NCBI GenBank assembly: GCA_038207395.1
Contig: JBBQZW010000001.1
Location: 77,530 to 141,529 of the forward strand
Origin: Minisyncoccia bacterium
Lineage (GTDB): Bacteria; Patescibacteriota; Minisyncoccia; Phycocordibacterales; Phycocordibacteraceae
Direction of reading: 5' to 3'
Length of the DNA: 64,000 bases
In this document: one piece after another, positions 1 to 9,807 of the stretch
How positions within the stretch are numbered: position 1 is the first letter of the stretch
Layout of the letters: each line of letters opens with the position of its first letter
Translations under genes and position numbers: made by a program
Notes under the pieces: generated by a model
What the model saw: the letters and a program-made list of their open reading frames with translations, nothing else
The model's database searches: none
What the model was told of the DNA's origin: nothing

Positions 1-342
1 TTCAGCACTAATTGATTGAATCCTAAACGCAGGGCGCCACAATCCGTAGACTGCACCAGCACAAAGCAGTGCTAGCAGAATGAGAAATATATATCGGTTT
101 GTCTGGCGAGTCTTCTTACGCCTTTTACTAAGCGCGCCAAGGGGTTGCGGCGCTTCGCGCCGCGCTGCAGTCTGTACACGAGCTCGGACAGGAGCACTAA
201 CTTCAGGTCGACGGGAAGATACAGTACGTGTTGGTGCGGTACGCACCGGCACTACGCGTTCAGGTGAACGCGTAGGTGAAGTGTGCGGAGCAGGCGCACT
301 CCTTCGCTTAGGCTGTACGTCCCAGGATTTCTTTTCCGACAT
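1..342 (-). CDS. FtsQ/DivIB-like cell division protein, N-terminal part (runs off window start)
   Basis: Not in the ORF track. ATG at 342 opens a frame to the window edge: MSEKKSWDVQPKRR...KRRKKTRQTNRYIFLILLALLCAGAVYGLWRPAFRIQSISAE. Basic cytoplasmic tail, one TM, then a POTRA-like start. Overlaps the serS 3' end. Confidence 0.6.
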   Translation of the reverse strand, partial: MSEKKSWDVQPKRRSAPAPHTSPTRSPERVVPVRTAPTRTVSSRRPEVSAPVRARVQTAARREAPQPLGALSKRRKKTRQTNRYIFLILLALLCAGAVYGLWRPAFRIQSISAE

Positions 343-1576
343 ACGGTATCAACGCTTCTGGTGTGCGCACGCGCCCGTCCTCCTGCTGGTAATTCTCCAC
401 GAGCATCGAAAGAATACGGGGCATTGCTGCGGCCGTGTTATTTAACGAGTGCGCAAAGAGAACTTTTCCTTCCCCATCCTTATAGCGAATATTTAGACGA
501 CGCGTCTGAAAATCATGGAAGTAAGAAGATGAGTGCGTTTCGCGGTACGTATTTTGTGAAGGCATCCATGCTTCGAGGTCATATTTCTTTACCTGTCCAA
601 GCCCCAAGTCTCCCCCACAGTTCACGACGACGTGATACGGAAGCCCCAAAAGCTGAAGGAACTCTTCTGCATTTTGTGTCAGTTCTTCGTGAAGGCGTAC
701 TGATGCTTCGTGAGAGGCTTCGGTTAGAACTACCTGTTCCCACTTGAAGAATTCATGCACTCGAATAAGACCCTTGGTGTCCTTGCTATGACTTCCCGCT
801 TCACGACGGAAGCACGGTGAATACGAAAGGAACTTAATAGGGAACTTGGTAGCGTCTACGATCTCATCCATGTAGTAGCCCATAGTCGCGACCTCTCCCG
901 TCCCCGCAAGATATTCATTGTCTTGTGTTCGATACAGATCATCTTCGCCCTGAGGGAGATAGCCTGTTCCAAGGAACATTTCGCGACGAAGCAGTGAAGG
1001 CACAATCATTGGCTCAAAGCCCTTTTTCATAAAATGCATGAGTGCAAGCTGAGAGACAGCATTGACAAGTAGTACACCATCACCTTTTAAGAAATAACCA
1101 CGGAAGCCAGCTACTTTCGTGCCTCGTTCAAAGTCTGCCATGCCATTTGCCGTCATAAGCTCAACGTGATCTTTTGGCGTGAAAGAAAATTGGGGGATAT
1201 CTCCCCACTTCTTTGTCTCTTGATTATCTTCGTCACTCTCGCCTTCAGGCACGGACATGTCCGGCATGTTGGGCACGGTGAGCATAAGTTTTTGCCACTC
1301 TTCCATTACGAGCGTGTATTTCGCTTCAAGCTCAACAGCCCCTTCTTTGACATGACGCATGCTTTCAATAAGTTTTTCGCGCTCATCATCTTTAGCTAGA
1401 CGAATAGAGTCGCTCATACGATTTTGCTCTGCTTTTCTATCATCGAGCTGCTGGCGAAGAGATTTGCGCTCATCATCCACCTGAAGGAGACGGTCAATAT
1501 CCACCTCTATATGTTTCTTTGCTGCCCCGGCTTTAACGAGATCAGCGTGTTCACGGATAAATCGAATATCAAGCAT
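308..1576 (-). CDS. serS: Seryl-tRNA synthetase
   Basis: MLDIRFIRE start, coiled-coil arm, motif 2 FRREAGS..DTKGLIRVHEF, motif 3 HSLNNT. Confidence 0.98.
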   Translation of the reverse strand: MLDIRFIREHADLVKAGAAKKHIEVDIDRLLQVDDERKSLRQQLDDRKAEQNRMSDSIRLAKDDEREKLIESMRHVKEGAVELEAKYTLVMEEWQKLMLTVPNMPDMSVPEGESDEDNQETKKWGDIPQFSFTPKDHVELMTANGMADFERGTKVAGFRGYFLKGDGVLLVNAVSQLALMHFMKKGFEPMIVPSLLRREMFLGTGYLPQGEDDLYRTQDNEYLAGTGEVATMGYYMDEIVDATKFPIKFLSYSPCFRREAGSHSKDTKGLIRVHEFFKWEQVVLTEASHEASVRLHEELTQNAEEFLQLLGLPYHVVVNCGGDLGLGQVKKYDLEAWMPSQNTYRETHSSSYFHDFQTRRLNIRYKDGEGKVLFAHSLNNTAAAMPRILSMLVENYQQEDGRVRTPEALIPYVGKEILGRTA

Positions 1577-1663
1577 GTTCCTACAACTATACGGTACGGA
1601 CGCTCATGATAAAAGGAGAGTGTTTTTATAATTCCTTGATGGCCCATATGGCAGGCTGTATTT

Positions 1664-2524
1664 ATGAAAACCTTTGATCAAACGTCCCCACTCTATCCTG
1701 AACGGTTACTGCACATTCCCTCTCCGCCAGAAAAGCTTTGGCTACTAGGCACACTACCTTCACCCTCTACTAAGACGCTTGCCGTAGTGGGCTCCCGCGC
1801 TCTTTCGAGCTACGGCCGCCATGCATGCGAATCATTACTCGAAGGGCTGCGCGGATATGACATTTCTATTATCTCAGGACTCGCCTTTGGCGCTGATGCC
1901 TGTGCGCACAAAGCTGCCATACGCGCAGATCTTCACACTATTGCGATTCCCGGATCAGGACTTTCCCAAGAAGCACTCTACCCGCGCTCACACCTCGGTC
2001 TTGCTAATGACATCTTACATTCAGGTGGTGCAGTTCTTTCAGAACATGAACCCCGTCACAAACCCTTTCCTTATGACTTTCCAAGCAGAAACCGCATTAT
2101 GGTCGGAATGGCAGATGCCGTGCTTATGATTGAATCAGCAGAACGCTCAGGAACCCTTATCACTGCGCGTATGGCAGGTGATTATAACCGTCAGCTTCTC
2201 TGTGTTCCGCATCGAATTGGAGACGCACATGGATATGGTGCACAAGTATTCTTACGCATTGGCGCAACCTACATAAGTGAGTCGAATCATATAGTAGAGG
2301 CGCTTGGCATTGAACCAAAGACATCCCAACCCACCAACGAGTTACCCTCCGATCTTTCTGACCATGAACTAGCTCTCCTTAAATTTCTCAATGAACCCAC
2401 ACCCCGCGACGAACTTTTACGAGCAAGCTCACTTCCTGTACATGAGGTACTAACGTTGCTTGGCATACTTGAATTAAAGGGTGTACTCAAAGAAGAATAC
2501 GGCGTATGGCGGAGAATAAAGTAG
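1664..2524 (+). CDS. dprA: DNA processing protein DprA
   Basis: AVVGSR, IISGLAFGADACAH, FPSRNRI, SGTLITA motifs; C-terminal winged helix; dprA-topA synteny. Confidence 0.96.
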   Translation: MKTFDQTSPLYPERLLHIPSPPEKLWLLGTLPSPSTKTLAVVGSRALSSYGRHACESLLEGLRGYDISIISGLAFGADACAHKAAIRADLHTIAIPGSGLSQEALYPRSHLGLANDILHSGGAVLSEHEPRHKPFPYDFPSRNRIMVGMADAVLMIESAERSGTLITARMAGDYNRQLLCVPHRIGDAHGYGAQVFLRIGATYISESNHIVEALGIEPKTSQPTNELPSDLSDHELALLKFLNEPTPRDELLRASSLPVHEVLTLLGILELKGVLKEEYGVWRRIK

Positions 2525-2604
2525 TGAGAAATGAAGAATGTAGTCAAACGCCGTACATGCTAAAACTTGACCATATATAGGTATACGAGGTATCTGTTAA
2601 TCAC

Positions 2605-5082
2605 ATGGCATCCACTCCAACACATACAGGTAAGAAACTGCTCATCGTCGAGTCACCGGCAAAAGCTCGTACAATCCAGCAGTACCTCGGCTCAGGCTAC
2701 GAAGTGCTTGCTTCGGTGGGTCACGTGCGCGATCTCCCAAAAACGAACAAAGACGCCGTGGATATAGAAGCTGGGTTTGTACCTCGCTACATTATCTCTC
2801 CAGATAAACGAGACGTTATTGAAAAGATCCAAGCGGCTTCAAAGCGTGCCTCAGAGATATTCCTTGCGACTGACCCCGACCGCGAAGGTGAAGCTATTGC
2901 CTGGCACATTAAAGAAGCGGTGGGTCTTAAAAGTCCTAAGCGTGTGGTCTTTCACGAGATCACTAAGGCAGCAGTAGAGGAAGCCCTTGCTCACCCTCGG
3001 CTTATTGATGAAAACCTCCGGGAAGCACAGGAGGCACGCAGAGTCTTAGACCGTATTGTTGGATATGATCTTTCGGGCCTTATTTGGAAGAAAGTTCGCT
3101 ATGGTCTTTCTGCCGGGCGCGTTCAGTCCCCAGCACTCCGTATCCTTGCTGAGCGCGAACGTGAAATCAAGGCGTTTATTCCCGTTACGTATTACGTTCT
3201 TGATGCATTGTTTAAAGCAAAAGGCGGCGAGTTCCCTGCAGTGTGTAGTGTCGAACCAGATTCGGCAGAAGAAGCAGAGCGGATTGTTACCCTTGGCCGT
3301 GCCGCGAAGTGGAAAGTAGCTGACATCACCACCCGCGAAGAGGATCGTAATCCTCGCCCTCCATTCACTACCTCAACTCTTCAGCAAGCAGGATCAACCC
3401 GCCTAGGCTTTTCTCCCTCACGCACCATGCGTGCAGCGCAAAAACTGTACGAAGCCGGGCATATCACCTATATGCGTACGGACTCAGTAAATCTTTCAAA
3501 AGAAGCTATTAGTGTTCTGGGAAAAACTATTGAATCTGAATTTGGTAAAGAATATGTTGCAACGCGGGCGTACGCCACTAAGAGTAAAAATGCACAGGAA
3601 GCACATGAGGCTGTTCGCCCCACGAACCCCGGTATAAAAAAAGCTGGAGCAAATGGCGACGAGGCTGAGCTCTACCAACTCATTCGAAACCGCACCCTCT
3701 CAAGTCAGATGGCTGCGGCACGCGTTGAGCGCACAAACGTTCGTTCAGAAGCTGAAGCGGTTATTCCTGCATTTAGTACAAACGGTTCTCGCGTCATATT
3801 CCCCGGATGGCTTGCATGCGACACAAAGGCACGTGGTGAAGACGTTGAACTCCCAAAGTTGAATATTGGTGACCCCCTCACCGTACTTTCACTGGGGAGC
3901 CTCGAGAAGCAAACCGAACCCCCTAACCGGTACACCGAGGCAGGATTAATTAAAGAGCTTGAAAAGCGTGGCATTGGACGCCCGTCTACCTATGCATCCA
4001 CCATGAAAACAATCCAGGATCGTGGGTACGCAGAAAAAACCGGGCGCACACTAACCCCCACCGCTACCGGCATGGTGGTGTCAGGTTGGTTGGAGGAACA
4101 TTTTGCCGAATATATTTCTGATGCCTTTACTGCTGAGATGGAAGACGAGCTGGATGAGATTGCTCGAGGCGAGCGCGGGTACCGCGCGACCCTTGAAGAT
4201 TTCTATGGTCCTTTTCAAAAAGCCGTTCAGAGTAAAGACTCACTTCCAAAAGCCACCTCGTTAGGAGCTGTGCCAGAAGAATTTACCTGCCCCGTGTGTG
4301 GAGCACCCATGGAGTTCAAACTTGGTCGTGGAGGCATATTCATGAGCTGTACGCGTTACCCAGAATGTACCGGTGCGCGTCAGGAGGATGGTTCGGTTAT
4401 TTCTGCAGATGAACCCCTAGGCATTCATCCTGATACTGGCTTCCCTATCTTTATTCGTACAGGGCGCTTTGGTCCCTATGTAGAAATGCCACTCGAAGAT
4501 ACTCCAGCAGAAGAACCTTCTGTGCCTGAAAGCGAGACGAGCAGTAACACTGAAGCCTCAGACGTTACGCCGGTAAAAAAGGGAACAAAGAAACCTACTA
4601 AGAGCGTGGCTAAAAAGAAGGTTGCGAAGAAGGCGAAGAAACCAAAAATTGCCGCAAAGCGCGCAAGTATTCCCGCAGGCACTGATCTAGGAAGTGTGAC
4701 TCTTGCTGATGCAATCAAATATCTTTCACTTCCTCGTGAACTCGGTATACACCCTGATACTGGCATGCCTGTTGCAGCAAACACAGGGCGCTTTGGGCCA
4801 TACGTCGCGCATAACGGAGAATTCCGTTCGATCAAAAAACTTGACCCCTACACCGTTACGTTTGAGGAAGCAGTTGCGGTGCTGGCTGAACCTAAACGCC
4901 CCCCTCGAGGAGTCGACATTGTTCGAGAGATTGGTGCGCATCCAAAGACTGGAAAAATGCTAACCCTCTATAAATCGAAACAGGGACATTTCCTCAAGAA
5001 AGGCCTGCGCCGCATCTATCTGCCTGAGAGTGAAAACCCTGAAGAGCTTTCGCCACTCGTAGCAGCTGACTATTTGAAATAG
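2605..5082 (+). CDS. topA: DNA topoisomerase I (type IA)
   Basis: LIVESPAKA, ATDPDREGEAI, SAGRVQS, ITYMRTDS (catalytic Tyr); one C4 Zn ribbon plus GRFGPYV repeats. Confidence 0.98.
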   Translation: MASTPTHTGKKLLIVESPAKARTIQQYLGSGYEVLASVGHVRDLPKTNKDAVDIEAGFVPRYIISPDKRDVIEKIQAASKRASEIFLATDPDREGEAIAWHIKEAVGLKSPKRVVFHEITKAAVEEALAHPRLIDENLREAQEARRVLDRIVGYDLSGLIWKKVRYGLSAGRVQSPALRILAEREREIKAFIPVTYYVLDALFKAKGGEFPAVCSVEPDSAEEAERIVTLGRAAKWKVADITTREEDRNPRPPFTTSTLQQAGSTRLGFSPSRTMRAAQKLYEAGHITYMRTDSVNLSKEAISVLGKTIESEFGKEYVATRAYATKSKNAQEAHEAVRPTNPGIKKAGANGDEAELYQLIRNRTLSSQMAAARVERTNVRSEAEAVIPAFSTNGSRVIFPGWLACDTKARGEDVELPKLNIGDPLTVLSLGSLEKQTEPPNRYTEAGLIKELEKRGIGRPSTYASTMKTIQDRGYAEKTGRTLTPTATGMVVSGWLEEHFAEYISDAFTAEMEDELDEIARGERGYRATLEDFYGPFQKAVQSKDSLPKATSLGAVPEEFTCPVCGAPMEFKLGRGGIFMSCTRYPECTGARQEDGSVISADEPLGIHPDTGFPIFIRTGRFGPYVEMPLEDTPAEEPSVPESETSSNTEASDVTPVKKGTKKPTKSVAKKKVAKKAKKPKIAAKRASIPAGTDLGSVTLADAIKYLSLPRELGIHPDTGMPVAANTGRFGPYVAHNGEFRSIKKLDPYTVTFEEAVAVLAEPKRPPRGVDIVREIGAHPKTGKMLTLYKSKQGHFLKKGLRRIYLPESENPEELSPLVAADYLK

Positions 5083-5107
5083 CTAGATCTAGCGGTACTG
5101 TATAGAG

Positions 5108-6760
5108 ATGACGACGGCTAAGGAGATCATCGCAGTACTGAACGCACCGACTCCGGAGGATATAGCCCTCATAGAAAAGGCATACGCTTTTTCTGAAAAC
5201 GCCCACAAAGATCATAAGCGATATTCAGGTGAACCTTATTTTCTTCATCCAGCCGCAGTTGGAAAGCATCTTGCCGTTATTGGTATGGACGCAGATACCA
5301 TCGCTGCAGGCCTTTTGCACGACTCGGTTGAAGATACCGGAGTGTCTGAGGAAACTATTGAGGCTGAATTTGGTCCTGAAGTTCGGTTTTTAGTTGAAGG
5401 GGTCACCAAACTTGGAAAGCATAAGTACCAAGGCGCTGAACGTCACGCAGAAAGTCTGCGTCGTCTTTTAGTCGCCACCTCTGCTGATGTACGGGTGCTC
5501 ATCATCAAACTTTGTGACCGGTACCACAACATGACGACCCTTGAGCATGTTCCTGAACATAAGCGAAGAAGAATTGCACTAGAGACGCTTGAGATTTATG
5601 CACCACTCGCTGACCGTTTAGGAATGGGAGGGCTTAAGAAAGAACTTGAAGATCTTGCTTTTCCGGCTGTAGACGCCGACGCGTACCAGCATGCTATCGA
5701 GGTACGCAAGCTGAAAACAAAGGAAACAGATGAGGGCTTAGCGCGGGTGCAAAAAGAGTTACAGCACGCACTTGCCCGTCGCGGCATTACGAATTTCAAA
5801 ACAGATATTCGCATGAAAGGATTGTGGAGTTTGCACCAGAAACTTAAGCGTAAGGATGATGATATTACGCGCATTCATGACATTGCCGCGCTCCGGGTTG
5901 TCGTACCTGCTATCGATTATTGCTACACGGCGCTCGGCGTCATTCATTCTCTTTGGAAACCCCTTCCCGGCGAATTTAAAGATTACATTTCATTTCCAAA
6001 ACCAAACGGCTATCAATCACTTCATACAACAGTACTAACGGCAGATGCCGGAATAGTTGAGATGCAGGTTCGTACTGAAGAAATGCATCATCGGGCACAG
6101 TATGGTATTGCTTCACACACGTCGTATAAACAGTTACCGAAGGAAGAGATGAAAAGACTGGGCGATGCAGCTCAAAAACAAGCCTATGAAAAACTATCTT
6201 TCTCTTGGATGCGGGGACTGGTGCCAACCCTCCTTCATTTGCGAAAACGCGACACCGATACCGCTCAGCCCGTAGGCGCGTCAAAAAAGAAGGTAGCAAA
6301 AGTAGCTCCAGCCTGGCTTTCTGAACTCGCTGACGCACATGCACCTGTTGCAGGCAGTGAAGATTTCGTACAAGGACTTCGCCAGGATTTCTTTTCCCAT
6401 CGACTCTTTGTATTTACTCCTCAAGGAGACGTTATCGATCTTCCCGTACACTCAACGCCCATTGATTTTGCCTATGCAATTCATAGCAAGCTCGGAGATC
6501 ATATGAACGGCGCTAAAGTGAATGGCAAACTAGTATCCTTTGATACCATGCTTCGTAATGGTGACGTTGTAGAGATACTTGAAAAAGCAACTGCTCGGCC
6601 AACACGAAAGTGGCTTGACTATGCGCGTACTAGTATGGCGCGAAGACATATTAAACTTATGCTTGACCAGTCTGAACGGGGAACGATTTCTGCACGGGGA
6701 GAACTTAGACCGGTAAAGATTCGAAAGAAGCGAGCGCCGAAAGATGATAAGAAAAAGTAA
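5108..6760 (+). CDS. relA: RelA/SpoT (p)ppGpp synthetase/hydrolase (HD-SYNTH-TGS)
   Basis: R.SGEPY..HP, LLHDSVED, KPNGYQSLHT, EMQVRT, TPIDFAYAIH (TGS). Confidence 0.93.
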   Translation: MTTAKEIIAVLNAPTPEDIALIEKAYAFSENAHKDHKRYSGEPYFLHPAAVGKHLAVIGMDADTIAAGLLHDSVEDTGVSEETIEAEFGPEVRFLVEGVTKLGKHKYQGAERHAESLRRLLVATSADVRVLIIKLCDRYHNMTTLEHVPEHKRRRIALETLEIYAPLADRLGMGGLKKELEDLAFPAVDADAYQHAIEVRKLKTKETDEGLARVQKELQHALARRGITNFKTDIRMKGLWSLHQKLKRKDDDITRIHDIAALRVVVPAIDYCYTALGVIHSLWKPLPGEFKDYISFPKPNGYQSLHTTVLTADAGIVEMQVRTEEMHHRAQYGIASHTSYKQLPKEEMKRLGDAAQKQAYEKLSFSWMRGLVPTLLHLRKRDTDTAQPVGASKKKVAKVAPAWLSELADAHAPVAGSEDFVQGLRQDFFSHRLFVFTPQGDVIDLPVHSTPIDFAYAIHSKLGDHMNGAKVNGKLVSFDTMLRNGDVVEILEKATARPTRKWLDYARTSMARRHIKLMLDQSERGTISARGELRPVKIRKKRAPKDDKKK

Positions 6761-6792
6761 AAACTCCGCCACGGCGGAGTTTTTACTTTTTC
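6751..6792. terminator. Bidirectional intrinsic terminator between relA and parB
   Basis: Inverted repeat gaaaaagtaaaaactccgcc-ac-ggcggagtttttactttttc. Confidence 0.85.
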
Positions 6793-6797
6793 TTAAA

Positions 6798-7817
6798 CTA
6801 CACCGTAAAACTACTGATTGAATATAAATCAGTATCCGACTCTGCAGCTTCTACAGGAGTAGAATTTTGTATCTCATCCGTAACGGGTGTTGATGTAATC
6901 TGAGACGAATTTACTGGAGATTGTGCGCGAACTTCTTCAACGCTCGCTACTGCCTGAGCAGAAAGCTCCGCTTCCTGCTCTCGGCGCTCAGCAAGGATGG
7001 TTGCGATATGTGAAAGATCTTCGGGTGAGAAAAACTCAATCATGACGCGTCCTCCGTTAGGCCGGTTCTCAATAAGAACGCGGGTACCGAGTGTTTCCGT
7101 GAGACTTCGCTCAAGCTCCATCATTTCTGGAGTCTTGTCATGCTTACGAATCTTATCGGTCGCTATGCGGCGCGCCAACTGCTCTACAACGCGCACGGTT
7201 GTCTTCTTAAGTACAATCTCCTTAAAGAGTGTGTCTTGCTCCTCAGGACGGTCAGAGAGCATGAGGAGCGCGCGTGCGTGGCCTTCCGTAATCTCTTTGC
7301 CCACAACGGCGTTTTGAATAGCCTCAGGGAGCGCTAAGAGGCGAATTGAGTTAGAAACATACTCACGACTCTTTCCAACCTTCGCCCCAATCTCTGCATG
7401 CGAAAGTCCGAAGTTTTCAGCGAGCTGTGCGAGCGCTTTAGCACGATCAATAGAGTTCAGATCTTCACGCTGAAGGTTCTCAATAATCGCAAGCTCGAGC
7501 TTCATACGGTCAGTCTGCTCACCAGCACGAATAACGACCGGTACTTCACGTAACCCAATCAAACGTGAGGCGCGAAGGCGGCGTTCGCCGGCGATAAGCT
7601 CATATGCTGTTTGAAGTCCTCCATCCTCCTTTTCAATATCTTTACGTGTCACCACCAGCGGCATAAGGACGCCATACTGACGGATTGATTCTGCAAGGCT
7701 CTTAAGATTTTCTTCGTTAAATTCAATACGTGGCTGGTACGGGTTGGCACTAATGCGGTCAACTTCGACCCAGTACACTGAATCGTATTTTGTAGGGAGG
7801 TAGGTTTGTTCACTCAT
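6798..7817 (-). CDS. parB: Chromosome partitioning protein ParB/Spo0J
   Basis: NPYQPR, YELIAGERRLRA, IENLQREDL, HTH GKSREYVSN. Confidence 0.96.
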   Translation of the reverse strand: MSEQTYLPTKYDSVYWVEVDRISANPYQPRIEFNEENLKSLAESIRQYGVLMPLVVTRKDIEKEDGGLQTAYELIAGERRLRASRLIGLREVPVVIRAGEQTDRMKLELAIIENLQREDLNSIDRAKALAQLAENFGLSHAEIGAKVGKSREYVSNSIRLLALPEAIQNAVVGKEITEGHARALLMLSDRPEEQDTLFKEIVLKKTTVRVVEQLARRIATDKIRKHDKTPEMMELERSLTETLGTRVLIENRPNGGRVMIEFFSPEDLSHIATILAERREQEAELSAQAVASVEEVRAQSPVNSSQITSTPVTDEIQNSTPVEAAESDTDLYSISSFTV

Positions 7818-7882
7818 TTCTCTATTCTAGCATCGTGCTCTTCTTTGCGTGTAGTGAAATGGTTGTGTACGATGTGCAGAAC

Positions 7883-7963
7883 GCTGAAGTGGCGGAATGG
7901 TATACGCGGAGGTCTCAAAATCCTCTGCCGCAAGGCTTGTGGGTTCGAGTCCCACCTTCAGCA
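7883..7963 (+). tRNA. tRNA-Leu (CAA)
   Basis: GCTGAAG/CTTCAGC acceptor, anticodon loop CT-CAA-AA, long variable arm, GGTTCGAGTCC. Confidence 0.93.
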
Positions 7964-7980
7964 CTGAGTAGAAGTACGTA

Positions 7981-8010
7981 GAACGCGCAGGCTGATGCCT
8001 GCGCGTTCTT
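7981..8010 (+). terminator. Hairpin terminator after tRNA-Leu
   Basis: gaacgcgcaggc-tgat-gcctgcgcgttc followed by T residues. Confidence 0.7.
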
Positions 8011-8405
8011 TATATTCAGAAAAGACATACGAAAGACCCCTGATAAGCATCCGGACTTCGCCCGTACAGTATCTAGCACACAGGCGCATGGATCACTTTC
8101 TGTGCCGATGAGTGCCATACACGCTGCAATACTTGAAACTCTAATACAAAGCGCAACGCCGATCTGCTCCTTATACCGTTTCAGAATATGTGCTCGTGCT
8201 TAGATATCCCTATGGTCGTAGAGTTCACCCATGAGCCGTGCGCAGCAAGAGGTTTTATAATGCAATACACTCGCATGTATTACCCTTTCCGTACCATCTA
8301 TCCTGAACAAGGTAATACTAGACATTCGTGGTTCAAATAAAGTTAAAGTCCGACTGATAATTTTCTGAGCTTTCTCTGGAGAAAAACCATGCTACTATCC
8401 GCGCA

Positions 8406-9248
8406 ATGCTCAAGAAACCAAACATTATTGCCGTTATAGGTCCCACTGCATCGGGAAAATCTGCGAAGGCAGTCGCGCTTGCGAAAGAACGAAATGGGGA
8501 GGTTATCTCTGTTGATTCACGTCAAGTGTATCGAACGCTTGATATTGGCACTGAAAAGACAAGTATTGAGGAAATGCAAGGAATTCCGCATCACCTTATT
8601 GATATTCGTGATCCTGAGGAAACGTATAGTGCTGGTGACTTTGTAACTGATGCGAGTGCGTTGATTGAAAAACTCAGCAGTGAAGGTAAAACTCCGATAC
8701 TTGCCGGCGGCACTCATTTCTATTTCGATGCTCTTTTGTATGGACTTCCAGGCGAGCCGATCCATCCTGAGCTGAGAACAGAGCTTGAAGCACGTTCAGA
8801 AGAGGATTTATTTAATGAAGTTGAAATCAAAGATCCTCGCCGTGCGGCTCGCATTGACCGGCATAACAAACGCCGCCTCGTGCGTGCGCTTGAAATAATC
8901 GCAACTCACGGAATCGTTCCCGAACGTGAACGTACAGAACTTGCATATGATGTTGAATGGGTAGTGATTGATCTACCAAAAAACGAACTATGCGCACGTA
9001 TTGATGCACGCCTAGTGCAGGCAATGGAGCGCGGACTCGTTCAGGAAGTGGAACGAACGCGGACGCGCGTCGGAGACGCGCGTCTTATTGAGCTCGGTCT
9101 AGAGTACCGTGTCATTGGAGAATTTCTTCGTGGTGAGCGCTCAGAGGCGTCACTCCTGCCTACCCTTTCAAGCCGTCTCTGGCAGTATGCTCGCCAGCAA
9201 AAGAAATGGCTTCGCAGACTTCCCGTTGCAAAAAGCATAGAGCTCTAA
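8406..9248 (+). CDS. miaA: tRNA dimethylallyltransferase
   Basis: GPTASGKS, DSRQVYR.LDIGT, IPHHLID, GGTHFY, YARQQKKW. Confidence 0.96.
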   Translation: MLKKPNIIAVIGPTASGKSAKAVALAKERNGEVISVDSRQVYRTLDIGTEKTSIEEMQGIPHHLIDIRDPEETYSAGDFVTDASALIEKLSSEGKTPILAGGTHFYFDALLYGLPGEPIHPELRTELEARSEEDLFNEVEIKDPRRAARIDRHNKRRLVRALEIIATHGIVPERERTELAYDVEWVVIDLPKNELCARIDARLVQAMERGLVQEVERTRTRVGDARLIELGLEYRVIGEFLRGERSEASLLPTLSSRLWQYARQQKKWLRRLPVAKSIEL

Positions 9249-9266
9249 CCATGCTACGATATCGCT

Positions 9267-9797
9267 ATGAAGCGCGTTCTCACCATTCTATTTGTGGTTG
9301 TATTTTTTCTCGTATTACTCGGTTTGGTATTATTCAAACTATTTTATACGCCAGAAACAAAAGTTAGTACGCAAGATCAAAAGGATGTTTTTGCTTCAGT
9401 AACAGTTTCAAATGTCCCGGCAATCGATGTATCCCCTGAAGAAATTACACGCCAGTGTTTCACTTCGTATATAAAGTATTACACTTCAGTGGATACCATC
9501 TCATACGAACTAGTTTCAAATAATCCTACTATCCAACGTTGTTTTACTAGTAGTCTAATTGCGTCATGGGAAGAGTCTTATGCAGTTTCAGAAACAGATC
9601 CTATTTTAATATCAGGTGAATATTACGATTCTTGGATAACTCAAATACGAGCCACTGTAGTGAGTCGTCTATCACAAACAAGTTCCGTAGAACTTGTTCT
9701 CGGTACAGGGTCTGAGGAACACCACCTCTTTGTGGGACTTCTATATACAAATACTGGCTGGCACATTAGTTCAGTATCGGCAGGAGAACAATTCTAA
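9267..9797 (+). CDS. Membrane-anchored protein with DUF3828/YbjP(Tai3)-like domain; candidate immunity protein
   Basis: N-terminal TM, then a pattern FT..L...DPIL...V.LG....L.V.L.....GW.I..V recalling DUF3828; AT-rich; own TGcTACGAT-6nt-ATG promoter. Confidence 0.55.
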   Translation: MKRVLTILFVVVFFLVLLGLVLFKLFYTPETKVSTQDQKDVFASVTVSNVPAIDVSPEEITRQCFTSYIKYYTSVDTISYELVSNNPTIQRCFTSSLIASWEESYAVSETDPILISGEYYDSWITQIRATVVSRLSQTSSVELVLGTGSEEHHLFVGLLYTNTGWHISSVSAGEQF

Positions 9798-9807
9798 GAT
9801 ACACGGA

